The notes: generated by a model from the letters alone, not told the origin. Positions 8,621 to 19,200 are shown, numbered from the stretch's first letter. The stretch: 64,000 nt of DNA from a virus (IMGVR_UViG_3300044608_000251:1395-65394), one strand, 5' to 3'. Translations and numbers: made by a program.

Positions 8621-9281
8621 GATTCCAGCGTGGTCATACTCAAGCATTAAGTTGTTTGACCAATGTCCTAAGAAGTATTACCACCTACGGGTGGTTAGGG
8701 ATGTTAAAGACCCACCCACGGATGCCATTATGTACGGCAAGTCTTTCCATGAAGCGGCGGAATTATATATCAAAGAAGGCAAGCCCATACCCCCACAATT
8801 TAGTTTTGCTAAGAACGCTTTGGATAATCTAAAACAGTTGGAAGGCGAGAAGTTGTGCGAGTATGAGATGGGTTTAACGGCTAGTTTAGAGCCTTGTGGG
8901 TTCAAAGACCCTAATGTGTGGTGGAGAGGGGTAGCTGACCTTGTTATCCTCAATGGCAAGGAAGCACGTTGCCTAGACTACAAGACGGGAAAGTCAGCTA
9001 AGTATGCGGATACTGACCAGCTAGAGCTTATGGCACTTGCTATGTTTAAGCACTTTCCTGAAGTAGAAAGGGTCAAAGGAGCACTGTTTTTCGTGGTCAG
9101 CAAGAACTTCATAAAGGACTCGTATGATGGGGAGAATCAGGATAAAATGTGGGCTAAGTGGTTGGCAGAATTCAACAGGCTTAAGTTCGCTTACGAGAAT
9201 GACGTTTGGAATCCTCGCCCAAGTGGGTTGTGTAAGAAATACTGCCCCGTTTTAGAGTGTCCTCACAACGGAAGAAATTAA
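8613..9281 (+). CDS. PD-(D/E)XK (Cas4/RecB-like) exonuclease
   Basis: WSYS...CP, ADL...LDYKTG, QL, C-terminal CxxxCPxxxC Fe-S ligands. Confidence 0.85.
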   Translation: MTKIPAWSYSSIKLFDQCPKKYYHLRVVRDVKDPPTDAIMYGKSFHEAAELYIKEGKPIPPQFSFAKNALDNLKQLEGEKLCEYEMGLTASLEPCGFKDPNVWWRGVADLVILNGKEARCLDYKTGKSAKYADTDQLELMALAMFKHFPEVERVKGALFFVVSKNFIKDSYDGENQDKMWAKWLAEFNRLKFAYENDVWNPRPSGLCKKYCPVLECPHNGRN

Positions 9282-9282
9282 A

Positions 9283-9603
9283 ATGCCTTATGTAAATAAA
9301 CCTAGACCATACAAAAAAGAGTACGAACAGCAAAAAGCTAGAGGTGAACTTGAACGTCGCATGGAGCGCCAACGCTTAAGACGTGCATACGATAAAGCTC
9401 ATGCTGATAGTCCGGTAGACAAAGATAAGACTGCCGAAAGTAGAGAAGGTAAAGACTTAGCCCATAGAAAAGCCTTAGATAAAGGTGGGTCTAATAAAGA
9501 CGGATACTCGGTTCAAAGTGTTTCAAAGAACCGATCCTTTAAACGAGATTCAAAAAGTAACCTAGTATCAGAAGTAAGTAAAAAAGAAAAAAAGAAAAAA
9601 TAA
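9283..9603 (+). CDS. basic HNH-like protein
   Basis: GKDLAHRKALDKGGSN...NRS degenerate HNH motif. Confidence 0.55.
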   Translation: MPYVNKPRPYKKEYEQQKARGELERRMERQRLRRAYDKAHADSPVDKDKTAESREGKDLAHRKALDKGGSNKDGYSVQSVSKNRSFKRDSKSNLVSEVSKKEKKKK

Positions 9604-9625
9604 AAATAGGTAACGGGAGAATAAG

Positions 9626-11164
9626 TTGGAAATTGTAGATAACAAGGTACTTGTTTTAAATCTACGTGACCCAAACAAGGTTACGTCAGTAATACCAAAA
9701 AGCCGAGATTTAGGCGGGAATCGTGTCGCTGTTAATTGGGGCTTGGATGAAGCGCAAGTGCTAAAGAACTTACAAATTAAAAACATCCCATCACCAATTA
9801 TGGGACAATACAACTGGCCTGGATTACACAAACCGTTTGATCATCAAAAAGTTACTTCATCATTCTTGACTTTGCACCGCCGAGCTTTCTGTCTTAACGA
9901 ACAAGGCACAGGCAAGACGGGATCAGTTATTTGGGCAGCAGATTACCTAATGAAGCTAGGGCGAATTAAACGTGTGCTTGTTATATGCCCTCTTTCTATT
10001 ATGGATTCGGCATGGAGAGCAGACCTATTTAAGTTTGCCATGCACCGCCACGTAGATATAGCCTATGGTAACAAGTTTAAACGCTCAAGAATTATTAGGT
10101 CGGAAGCAGAGTTTGTTATCATTAATTATGATGGTGTGGAGATTGTGCAGGAAGAAATAGCAAATGGTGGGTTTGATCTAATTGTTATTGACGAAGCTAA
10201 CGCATATAAGAATCCTACCACTACTCGCTGGAAGACATTAAACAAGATTCTTAAGCCTGACACATGGCTATGGATGCTAACAGGGACACCAGCCGCACAG
10301 TCCCCAGTAGACGCTTACGGGTTGGCAAAGCTAGTAAACCCTCAAGGAGTACCAAGGTTTTATTCAGCGTTTAAAGATATGGTGATGTATAAGGTATCGC
10401 AGTTTCGTTGGATAAACAAGCCTGATGCAGATAAGACGGTACACCAAGCACTCCAGCCAGCCATACGCTTTACTAAAGAAGAATGTTTGGACTTACCTGA
10501 TATGACATACGTATCCCGTGAAGTCGAATTGACCCCAATGCAGAAGAAGTACTACGAGTTGTTACGTAAACAGTTGGTAGTATCGGCAGTTGGGGAGCAG
10601 ATTACGGCGGTAAACGCTGCAGTTGGATTAAACAAACTCCTACAAATATCTTGTGGTGCTGTTTATTCTGATAGCGGGGAGACATTAGAGTTTGATATTA
10701 AGAACCGATATAAAGTGTTACGTGAGGTAGTTGATGAAACAAAACAAAAGGTTTTAATCTTTGTGCCGTTCAAACATACCATCGGTATCTTGTCGGATAA
10801 ACTAAAGTGTGACGGATTTACAACAGAAATTATCAATGGTGATGTAAGTGTTAATAACCGCACAGATATATTTAAACGCTTTCAAGAAACACCTAATCCA
10901 CGTATTTTAATTATTCAACCACAGGCGGCGGCACATGGTGTAACGCTTACAGCGGCTGATACGGTGGTGTGGTGGGGTCCGACATCATCATTAGAAACAT
11001 ATGCGCAAGCTAACGCTCGTGTACATCGTGCAGGACAAAGACACCCAGTTACAATCGTAAGGTTGCAAGGAAGCAACGTTGAAAAGCATTTATACAAAAT
11101 GCTTGATAATAAAATAGAAGATCATGTAAAATTAGTTGAGCTTTACAAGAATTTACTTGATTAA
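9626..11164 (+). CDS. SNF2-family SF2 helicase
   Basis: EQGTGKT, IDEA, LTGTP, QANARVHRAGQ. Confidence 0.9.
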   Translation: MEIVDNKVLVLNLRDPNKVTSVIPKSRDLGGNRVAVNWGLDEAQVLKNLQIKNIPSPIMGQYNWPGLHKPFDHQKVTSSFLTLHRRAFCLNEQGTGKTGSVIWAADYLMKLGRIKRVLVICPLSIMDSAWRADLFKFAMHRHVDIAYGNKFKRSRIIRSEAEFVIINYDGVEIVQEEIANGGFDLIVIDEANAYKNPTTTRWKTLNKILKPDTWLWMLTGTPAAQSPVDAYGLAKLVNPQGVPRFYSAFKDMVMYKVSQFRWINKPDADKTVHQALQPAIRFTKEECLDLPDMTYVSREVELTPMQKKYYELLRKQLVVSAVGEQITAVNAAVGLNKLLQISCGAVYSDSGETLEFDIKNRYKVLREVVDETKQKVLIFVPFKHTIGILSDKLKCDGFTTEIINGDVSVNNRTDIFKRFQETPNPRILIIQPQAAAHGVTLTAADTVVWWGPTSSLETYAQANARVHRAGQRHPVTIVRLQGSNVEKHLYKMLDNKIEDHVKLVELYKNLLD

Positions 11165-11185
11165 GCTAGTTTAGAGTAGTATAGT
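11157..11185 (+). promoter_or_regulatory. sigma70-type promoter
   Basis: TTGATT-17bp-TATAGT upstream of 11244. Confidence 0.55.
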
Positions 11186-11243
11186 ATTAACACTGATAGT
11201 GAGAAAACAAAAGTGCCGCTATCATTACAAACAGGAGAATATA

Positions 11244-11660
11244 ATGTCAGACAACGAAGTTGTAGGGGACAGTGTCCCTTTAGAAAAGCTAACCCGTATA
11301 TACGTTAAGATGCGGGATAAAAAAGCCGAGCTTGCACATGAGCTTGAGCAGAAGATCGGTAAGTTAGAAACCGACATGAGTACTATAAAATCAGCGATCA
11401 TTCATCAAATGGAAGACCTTGGTGTTGAGAGCATACGAACCGAAGCTGGTGTTGTATACCGTACCGTAAGAACTAAGTACGCAACATCCGATTGGGAATC
11501 CATGAACAAGTTTATTCTTGAACATGGTGTGCCTGAACTATTGGTGAAGTCTATTAACCAATCCAATATGAAGGCATTTTTAGAAGAGAACCCTGATCTA
11601 TTACCCCCAGGACTTAACGCAAACATGGAATATTCAGTAACAGTAAGGAGAAGCAAATAA
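11244..11660 (+). CDS. conserved phage replication-cluster protein (coiled coil)
   Basis: ACAGGAGAAT RBS before ATG 11244; ...LLPPGL C-terminal motif. Confidence 0.7.
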   Translation: MSDNEVVGDSVPLEKLTRIYVKMRDKKAELAHELEQKIGKLETDMSTIKSAIIHQMEDLGVESIRTEAGVVYRTVRTKYATSDWESMNKFILEHGVPELLVKSINQSNMKAFLEENPDLLPPGLNANMEYSVTVRRSK

Positions 11661-11929
11661 TGGAAGAATCATACGTTGCAATAGAAGATGTGGCAAAGCA
11701 CTTTGCTGTATCAGTATCAACTGTACGTGCATGGCTCCGACAAAATCTTATTCCTTCATTAAAGGTTGGCGGTGTATATCGTTTCAAACTAAATGAAGTA
11801 GATGAGGCTTTAAGGAAACTAAGCGGCGGCACATTAGTACAAGAAGAAAAGGATGGTAGTTTGACAGTTACTGCCGATTCCAATGCAGCACAACTGTCAT
11901 TTAATTTTAACCCCGACGATGACATTTAG
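11660..11929 (+). CDS. excisionase/MerR-like HTH DNA-binding protein
   Basis: IEDVAKHFAVSVSTVRAWLR...IPSLKVGGVYRF. Confidence 0.8.
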   Translation: MEESYVAIEDVAKHFAVSVSTVRAWLRQNLIPSLKVGGVYRFKLNEVDEALRKLSGGTLVQEEKDGSLTVTADSNAAQLSFNFNPDDDI

Positions 11930-11938
11930 GAGAATTAA

Positions 11939-12088
11939 GTGAAAAAAATCGTTTTAGCCATTTGGCTTTGTATGGTAGCAACACTAGCTTACGCTAACTG
12001 TACTACTTCAACTGTTACCTATAATGGTAAATTTACAACATGTACTACATGCTGTTATAACGGTAACTGCAACACAACTTGTTTCTAA
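11939..12088 (+). CDS. secreted six-cysteine miniprotein (49 aa)
   Basis: AGGAG RBS; MKKIVLAIWLCMVATLAYA|NCTTSTVTYNGKFTTCTTCCYNGNCNTTCF*, with a signal peptide ending in AYA. Confidence 0.7.
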   Translation: MKKIVLAIWLCMVATLAYANCTTSTVTYNGKFTTCTTCCYNGNCNTTCF

Positions 12089-12103
12089 TTAAGGAGAATA
12101 ATA

Positions 12104-12976
12104 ATGAGCGAAATGACTCTATTTAAAGGTGGTTTACCTGCATACCTAAAAGGTACTGATGATGCAACTAATGCCCTAGCTGGTACAAGCGACGGTGGTG
12201 GTTTAGGTGCACGTCGTATATCAATTAAAGGCGGTGTATTCCGTGAATTTATTGGTGGTAAAGAATACCGAGTATCTGAAGAACGTTCTATGAACGTGGT
12301 AATTGTAAAAGCTGCTTCAAAAGTTTCCCGTATTTACTACTCAGGTAGTTATGTAGAAGGTGAAACTGTGTCCCCAACTTGCTGGTCTTCCGACAGCCAA
12401 CGCCCTGATGAAAAGGTTAAGACTCCGCAGTCAGCCACCTGCTTAACTTGCCCAAAAAACATCAAAGGTTCAGGTCAAGGAGAGAGCCGTGCTTGCCGCT
12501 ACCAACAACGTCTAGCCGTCGTACTGGACAGCGAGGTAGATAAAGAAGAAGTTTATCAATTAGTACTGCCACCTACATCCGTGTTTGGTGATGGTGAAAA
12601 AGGTAAGCTCCCTTTACAAGCATATGCTCGTCATTTGAAGAATCACGGTACACCCATTACTGGTGTTGTTACTGAGATGCGATTTGACACAGCAAGCCCT
12701 ACTCCTAAGTTAGTGTTCAAACCGTTGCGCCCTGTTACAGAAGAAGAGTATGCAGTTATTCAAAAACTCAAAGACTCTCCTGAAGCATTATCTGCAATAG
12801 CATTAACGGTTGCACAAACTGATGGTGTTAAGGATAAGCCAAGTTTGAAGGCAGCACTACTTGCACCAGTAGAAGCAGAGGCTGTTGAAGAGCCTAAAAA
12901 AGCAGCACCCAAGAAAGCCGTAGTTGGCAACGAACCTAAGTTAGAAGACTTAGTTGGTGAATGGGATGATGCTTAA
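12104..12976 (+). CDS. putative single-stranded DNA-binding protein
   Basis: Lies between helicase and primase; PTCWS...CxxCP...C motif; acidic/aromatic tail LVGEWDDA. Confidence 0.6.
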   Translation: MSEMTLFKGGLPAYLKGTDDATNALAGTSDGGGLGARRISIKGGVFREFIGGKEYRVSEERSMNVVIVKAASKVSRIYYSGSYVEGETVSPTCWSSDSQRPDEKVKTPQSATCLTCPKNIKGSGQGESRACRYQQRLAVVLDSEVDKEEVYQLVLPPTSVFGDGEKGKLPLQAYARHLKNHGTPITGVVTEMRFDTASPTPKLVFKPLRPVTEEEYAVIQKLKDSPEALSAIALTVAQTDGVKDKPSLKAALLAPVEAEAVEEPKKAAPKKAVVGNEPKLEDLVGEWDDA

Positions 12977-12989
12977 ATAACTGTTTTAC

Positions 12990-13075
12990 GGGGGGAAAGC
13001 GCAAGTCGGCTCGGCGACTTTAAACAGCCTGTATGAATCGTAAGATTCTCCTTCACATGAGGCGCAAGTACCCCC
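12990..13075 (+). ncRNA. candidate structured RNA with loop-E-like internal loop
   Basis: GGGGG/CCCCC stem, GAA/AGUA internal loop, GCGC/GCGC stem, AAGTCG/CGACTT hairpin, GAATC-GTAA-GATTC GNRA hairpin. Confidence 0.55.
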
Positions 13076-13091
13076 ACCCTAAAAGGTGGCT

Positions 13092-15971
13092 ATGAACAAT
13101 TTAGAATTTTTACAGAAAGTCCTTGGCGACGAAGGATACTACTGCATTGTGGGGCTTAAGAATGATACAAGTAAGCCTCCCATACAAAAGTTCTTCCAAA
13201 AGCTGGAAGACGCAGTAAAAGTTGCAGATAACTTAAAAGACGAAGGATATGAAGCATACTATGCTCTAGCTACGTTTGAAGATGGAAAGTCAAGGAAGAC
13301 CGCTAATGTTAAGCAGTTACGTTCTTTATTTATTGATTTAGATTGTGGTCAGGGTAAACCCTACGAAACACAACAAGAAGCACTCGTAGCATTAAAAAAA
13401 TTCTGTTCAGAAACAGGTATGCCAAAACCAACGCTTGTCAATTCAGGCGGGGGTATACATGCTTACTGGATACTAACCGAAGCTGTTTCACGTGAAACAT
13501 GGTTACCTATGGCAGAGAAACTAAAGAAGCTCTGTGACCAACATGACCTTGAAGCCGATCCCGTTGTAACGGCAGACTCGGTGCGTATTCTACGTGTCCC
13601 AGGAACTTTTAATTATAAGAACGACACGCCTAGAGAAGTTAAAGTACTAGGTCTTATACAAGAGCCGATTGAATTAAGCACCGTAGAAGATGTTATGGGT
13701 GAGGTGGTTTTACAAAGACCTTCTTACATACCCCGTGGCGAACTCGACGATGTAACTAAAGCGATCCTTGGTAACTATACCAATCGTTTTAAGACGATCA
13801 TGCTAAAAACTAGCAAGGGTGAAGGCTGCCCACAGTTAGCATGGGTTTATCAGAATCAAGAAACAATGGGTGAACCACCTTGGAGAGCAGGGCTTTCTAT
13901 TGCCAAGTTTTGTATTGATGCCGATTTAGCTATTAAGAAGATTTCAGAAAAGCATCCTGAGTATAGCCCTGAGTTTGCAGATCGTAAGGTACGTGGCATC
14001 AAGGGTGGTCCTTACACCTGTGCTAAGTTTGAGGAATACAACCCCGGCGGTTGTGATGGGTGCACCCATAAAGGTGTTATCAAGTCACCGATTGTCTTGG
14101 GGCGGGAAGTTCAAGAGGCTACTGATGAAGATAACATCGTAGAAGATAGTCCGTTTAATATTAATCAGGGGCATACCCAAACCTACATTATTCCTAAATA
14201 CCCAGACCCATACTTTCGTGGTAAGAACGGGGGCATCTTTAAACGGGTAGTTAAACAGGATGATGAGATAGAAGTGCAGATTTACCACAATGATGTGTAC
14301 GTAACACGTCGTTTGCTAGATTCAGATGTGGGTGAGGCTGTAGTCGTTCGATTACACCTACCTAAAGACGGAGTAAGAGAATTCACAATCCCACTTTCTG
14401 CCGTTACTTCCAAAGACGAACTACGTAAGTACATGTCGTCTAACGGGGTAGCCGTAGTTAAGATGGATGAGATCATGTCGTACATAACACAATGGGTTAA
14501 CCACATGCAACATAACACAGCAGCAGATACAGCACGGAGACAATTTGGCTGGACTGACGATAAATGCGAAGCCTTTGTTCTAGGGGATAAAGAAATCCGT
14601 GCAGATCGGGTAGACCATAACCCACCATCTTCATCTACGGCACAGTTATTTAGTGCCTTTGTACCCAAGGGTTCTATAGACAGGTGGAAAGAAGCTATGG
14701 AGTTCTACAACCGCCCCGGAATGGAACTACATCAATTCGTTATCGGTCTATCGTTTGGCTCTATCTTTACCAAGTTCACATCGGTTAACGGTGCATTACT
14801 GCACGTCTTTAGCCCTGACTCTGGAATCGGCAAGACGACTGCCCTATATGCTGGTGCAAGTATTTGGGGTGACCCTAACAAGCTAGTCCTTAAAGAGTCT
14901 GACACAACCAACTCTAAAATGAACCGTGCCGAGCTATATAACAACTTGTGGTTACCGATGGATGAGGTTACTAACTCTACTGCCAAGGACTTAAGCGACT
15001 TCGTATACCAATACACTTCGGGTTCACAACGGAATCGGCTAAGTGGTAGCGCCAACGTAGAAAGAACTCGTGGAGAACCTTGGAAACAAAGCGGAGTAAG
15101 TACAGGCAATACCAGCATTATGGAGAAGATCAGTAGTTACAAAGCCCTACCAAAGGGCGAAGCTATGCGTATCCTTGAAGTACGTGCTAAGCCGATTTTA
15201 GATTTGATTAAGTCTAATACAGATGATCTTAGTGAGAACATCTTAAATAACTACGGTCATGCAGCTATTCCCTATCTTCAGTACATTATGAACGACATAC
15301 AGGGTACAAAAGACAGCTACAAGGCTACCCAGTTAAAGCTAGATAAAGCATGTGGATTTAGCCCTGCGGATCGTTTCCACTCTGTAATCGTCACAAACGG
15401 CATTATGGGCTTGATGATGGCTAAACGTGCAGGTTTGCTTAACTTCGAGCTTGCGCCTGTTGTAGCATGGGTTAAAGAGGTTGTAAGCGGTATCCAAGAA
15501 CAAGTATTATCTATGGATGTTGATGCCGAAACTAGTTTAACTAACTACCTTGCTGAAAATTATAACAATGTCTTACGTATCAGAAGCACCGAGGATGTAC
15601 GTACTTCTACTAATAAGAACGATCTAGACCACCTAGTTATCCCTGATGCTACCCCTCGTATATCGTTAATTGCACGATATGAGTATGACGTTAGGTTAAT
15701 GTATCTGTACCCAAAACCATTAAAAGAATGGTGTACCAAGCAACAGATTAACTACCAAGGGTTTGTTGATTCATTAAAACGTGGGCGCACTAAAGCCAAG
15801 ATAGCTAAGAAACGTATGGGTAAAGGCACTCATATGAATCTGCCTTCGGTAGACGTGCTATTAATTAACTGTGAGGGGTTCTTAGATGAAACCAAAGAAG
15901 AACAAATTGCCGCCGCAGCCGAACACAAAGCCGCACTTGAAGGTGATGCGGGACGGGCAGATATGTCCTGA
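13092..15971 (+). CDS. primase (RepB/AEP-like)-helicase (DUF927) fusion
   Basis: FIDLD, NSGGGIHAYW, RILRVPGTFNYK in the N-terminus; SGIGKTT and MDE Walker motifs in the C-terminus. Confidence 0.85.
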   Translation: MNNLEFLQKVLGDEGYYCIVGLKNDTSKPPIQKFFQKLEDAVKVADNLKDEGYEAYYALATFEDGKSRKTANVKQLRSLFIDLDCGQGKPYETQQEALVALKKFCSETGMPKPTLVNSGGGIHAYWILTEAVSRETWLPMAEKLKKLCDQHDLEADPVVTADSVRILRVPGTFNYKNDTPREVKVLGLIQEPIELSTVEDVMGEVVLQRPSYIPRGELDDVTKAILGNYTNRFKTIMLKTSKGEGCPQLAWVYQNQETMGEPPWRAGLSIAKFCIDADLAIKKISEKHPEYSPEFADRKVRGIKGGPYTCAKFEEYNPGGCDGCTHKGVIKSPIVLGREVQEATDEDNIVEDSPFNINQGHTQTYIIPKYPDPYFRGKNGGIFKRVVKQDDEIEVQIYHNDVYVTRRLLDSDVGEAVVVRLHLPKDGVREFTIPLSAVTSKDELRKYMSSNGVAVVKMDEIMSYITQWVNHMQHNTAADTARRQFGWTDDKCEAFVLGDKEIRADRVDHNPPSSSTAQLFSAFVPKGSIDRWKEAMEFYNRPGMELHQFVIGLSFGSIFTKFTSVNGALLHVFSPDSGIGKTTALYAGASIWGDPNKLVLKESDTTNSKMNRAELYNNLWLPMDEVTNSTAKDLSDFVYQYTSGSQRNRLSGSANVERTRGEPWKQSGVSTGNTSIMEKISSYKALPKGEAMRILEVRAKPILDLIKSNTDDLSENILNNYGHAAIPYLQYIMNDIQGTKDSYKATQLKLDKACGFSPADRFHSVIVTNGIMGLMMAKRAGLLNFELAPVVAWVKEVVSGIQEQVLSMDVDAETSLTNYLAENYNNVLRIRSTEDVRTSTNKNDLDHLVIPDATPRISLIARYEYDVRLMYLYPKPLKEWCTKQQINYQGFVDSLKRGRTKAKIAKKRMGKGTHMNLPSVDVLLINCEGFLDETKEEQIAAAAEHKAALEGDAGRADMS

Positions 15972-16158
15972 TGGTGTTGTTATTAATGTGAACTGGGATG
16001 ATTTTGTTGTAGGATCGTCAATTTTTATCCCAGCCATTAACCTAGCAACATTAAATAAACAAGTGCAAACTTTAGCAAATGATAGGAATTTTAAGCTACA
16101 AGCAGCCGAAAGAATTGAAGCTGGGAAATTAGGTATGCGGTTTTGGAGAATTGTGTAA
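15886..16158 (+). CDS. hypothetical protein (possible DNA-binding)
   Basis: VGSSIFIP...RFWR; last gene of the + strand block. Confidence 0.55.
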   Translation: MKPKKNKLPPQPNTKPHLKVMRDGQICPDGVVINVNWDDFVVGSSIFIPAINLATLNKQVQTLANDRNFKLQAAERIEAGKLGMRFWRIV

Positions 16159-16170
16159 TACAATTAACCC

Positions 16171-16245
16171 GCAACGCTTATTCTCCTGTTGCATTTGTTC
16201 TCCAAGAACAGCCCCTTAGCCCCCACCTAGCGTGGGGGTTTTTTT
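16171..16245 (+). ncRNA. candidate anti-RBS small RNA
   Basis: TACAAT -10 at 16159-16164; hairpin GCAAC-GCTTATTCTCCT-GTTGC; hairpin TGTTCT-CCA-AGAACA; then intrinsic terminator. Confidence 0.5.
16218..16245 (+). terminator. intrinsic terminator at the junction of convergent operons
   Basis: CCCCCAC-CTAGC-GTGGGGG followed by 7 T. Confidence 0.8.
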
Positions 16246-19200
16246 ATTTATCGTACTCAGATGCGTTCTGCATCATTTCTTTATATAACTTCTCGCTAAA
16301 CTGCACACCCTTAACAGTACGCTTTGTAGCGGCTTTAAACGCTGCCTCAGAACGTGTAAACGTATCTTGGCTAATGTCTAGTGCTGGATACTTCTTATTC
16401 AACTCTAAGAGTTCCTGCTTATGTTCTGTAGCTTCCTCAAAGTCACCCATACGTTTAGAGATGTTGTACTGTTGTAGCAGTTTCGACTTCTTCTGCAGTA
16501 TGCTCTTCTCAACACCCTTAACTTGGGCGTTAATTTCAAGCTGTCGAACGTAGTCTGCTGGTGCAAAGCCAAGCGCTTGTGCGCCGATACTGAACGCATT
16601 AAGATCTTCTGCAATTGGATCACCACGAAGGTTTTTGGCCCCTTCTGTTCCATATCTATAAGACTTCATGACGTTACTGATTGAAGATGGTAATACGTTT
16701 TCTACCCCACGCTGCATGTTACCTTCGTTCATCATATCTAAACCACGCTTAATACGTGAGCCTACACCGTATACTGGACCGCCGAGTGTTTCTAACAAAC
16801 CTTGTTCAAATGTATGAGAGCTAGCAGATGGGTTGCTTCTAAATATTAAATCGCTCAAGCTAAAGCGAGATGCAACTTCAGCGCCTGTAACATAGTTCAA
16901 CATACCCTTATAGGCAAACTCACCTACATACTTACGGGTTGCGGTTTCCATATCATCTTCGTCATCATCTGCAAACAAGTTGTATACCATAGCGGCAACA
17001 CCAAACATCGGTATACCTTGCAGACCTGAGAACAATGCAGCAGTGCCGTAAACACCAGCAATTTGACGCATAGCAGCACGACGTACTTCTGGAGTTTCGC
17101 CTTTAAGAGCATCACGGGTTACTTTAAATAACATGTAGTACATGGAAACACCGTAGCGTTTAAACATGAACAGCACTTTACCTATATTGTTTTTAGCAAT
17201 CAACGGTGCGCCGGCAGCAGAAACACCACCGTTGGTTAACTCGGTTACATGCATGGCGTAATTAGCCGCTTGTTTTTCAGCTTGTTCTTGAGTAAGCTCG
17301 CCCTTTTTAATTTTATCAGCTAGCTTTTTCATTTGTAAATCAAATCCAGCCACCAAAGATACATGACGGTTCATACGCTCACCATGATGGAAAGCAAAAC
17401 CAGAAGTAGCGTTTAATGTACTTGCCCAATTCTTACGCCCATCTACTTCTAATACATCGTAGAACTGTGAACGATTAAGTTGCCCATTATCGGCCCAAAC
17501 TTTAATAGCTGTAGCATACTTCTTACCTGCGGCAGTATCGGCACCGTAGTTATCAATAGCTGGCATTGCCTTCATCTTGACCTTTTCACCACTGCCAATC
17601 ATTTCGACTGTGCGAGCATCCTTACCATAACCGCTATTTAAGTACACACTATAAGCATTGTTGATAGCGCTCATAGTTTCACCCCAGCCATGCTCACCAG
17701 CAAGATACGGGGCTACAACCATAGGTACTTGTGCCAAGTTAACCGCAGCAGACGAGATGTTAAAGCCAAGCAGGTAGTTAAACCCGATTGTATTTAACAT
17801 GCTAGAAATCTTGCTAACTTTTGGATTAATGATGAAATTAGCATGCTTCTCAAACATCATAATGTAGTCATTAAGCAGCTTGTTATCTTTGGCAGGGAGG
17901 AAGTTACCTTGTTCATCTTTGTCACTAAGACCTCTACTTGCGGCTTTAGCGTACTCTCTCATGTCATCTAATAACTTATTAAGTTTAGCTGAGTACCTCA
18001 TCCTACCAAGTTGTTGAGACGTGTTGTACATACGGTCACGGAGGGCCTCAATAGCGTCACGTCTAAAACCAAGGGTTTCTTTACGCTTTTGGAATGACTG
18101 CGCAAAAGAAGTTTCAGGTAAGGTGCTAAGATACAAGTTCATTACTTCTTCAGCATTATCGTTGTATGCTTTAAGTTCTTTTTCGTATTTAACTTTTTCT
18201 ATCGGCGTAGGATTATTAGGTTCTTTTGGTCGGTTAACTTCCAGAACATTAAGAACCTTATTTACAAACGAACCCGATGGTGCACTACGGTATTTGTAGT
18301 CAGAAAGCTGTGAGAACTCTTGGATCTGTTCAGCACCTTCTTCTCTTAGTAATTCGATCTGTCTTCTACGTTCTCGTTCAGTTTCATATGCTTCAACGTA
18401 GGGTTCTAGAGTAGTTTCACCATCTCTTGTAGTTGACAAGTTGTACGATAACCAGTATTTACCTTTACGAGTTAACGCAAAGTATGGGTCAATCTGACCA
18501 CGTTTAGATAACTTTTCTAAAATGTCTGCTTTGATTTTAGCTTTGGCTTCAGGATCAGCAACAAACGTATTAATACGATCTTCAATAGAGTCAAGAATTT
18601 CTTGGTACATAGCCCCATATGCATCACGCATATTTTCATAAAGCTGTTTAGCTTTAGGGGTAAGTTTGTTGTAATCTCTTACAACTTGGTCGTAATCTGC
18701 TTGGGAGGTCTCTTCTTTTTTAGCTTTAGTTGGATCAATTCTAAGAGTAGTACTGTCATAAACCACCTTGTTAAATAAAACAATTTGGGATTGAAGGGCA
18801 TTTTTAGCCCACTCTTCTGCTTTACGAATCAAAGGTTCAATAGATTTATTTAAACGATCTACATAACCTGAGTGCTCATCGTTAATAGTATTAAACTGTG
18901 GAGCCATATTTAATCCTGCACGTTTAGCTTCTTCCGTCAACGCCTTAACAGGTAATACCGAAAGGGCAGCTTTGCGAGCATTACCGACAATACCGTTCTT
19001 CAAGAACTCATGCAGAGCATCAGCACGGGCTGGACTTAATACACCAGCATCCTCAATCGTATCTACAAAGCTATCAAATATAGAGCGAGCATCACTTCCA
19101 TTTACTCCGGGTGCGGCAGGATTGTTGCGAAATGTCGGGTTACGGTATACCAAACCACGTGATTGGAGTAACGCATTACTTCCTGGTTTAGCCCCAGTAC

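Noticed and set aside
8613-9281. Cas4 as evidence of a CRISPR system
   Set aside because: It is a stand-alone Cas4-like exonuclease in a normal phage replication cluster
11939-12088. Six-Cys peptide as a SCIFF/ranthipeptide substrate of the rSAM-SPASM enzyme
   Set aside because: It has a Sec-type signal peptide, a different Cys spacing, and lies 10 kb from the rSAM gene; disulfides are more likely
16171-16210. Minus-strand reading as a CsrA/RsmA sponge (GGA in hairpin loops)
   Set aside because: Only two GGA hairpins, and the U-tract terminator and -10 are oriented for the + strand; not fully excluded
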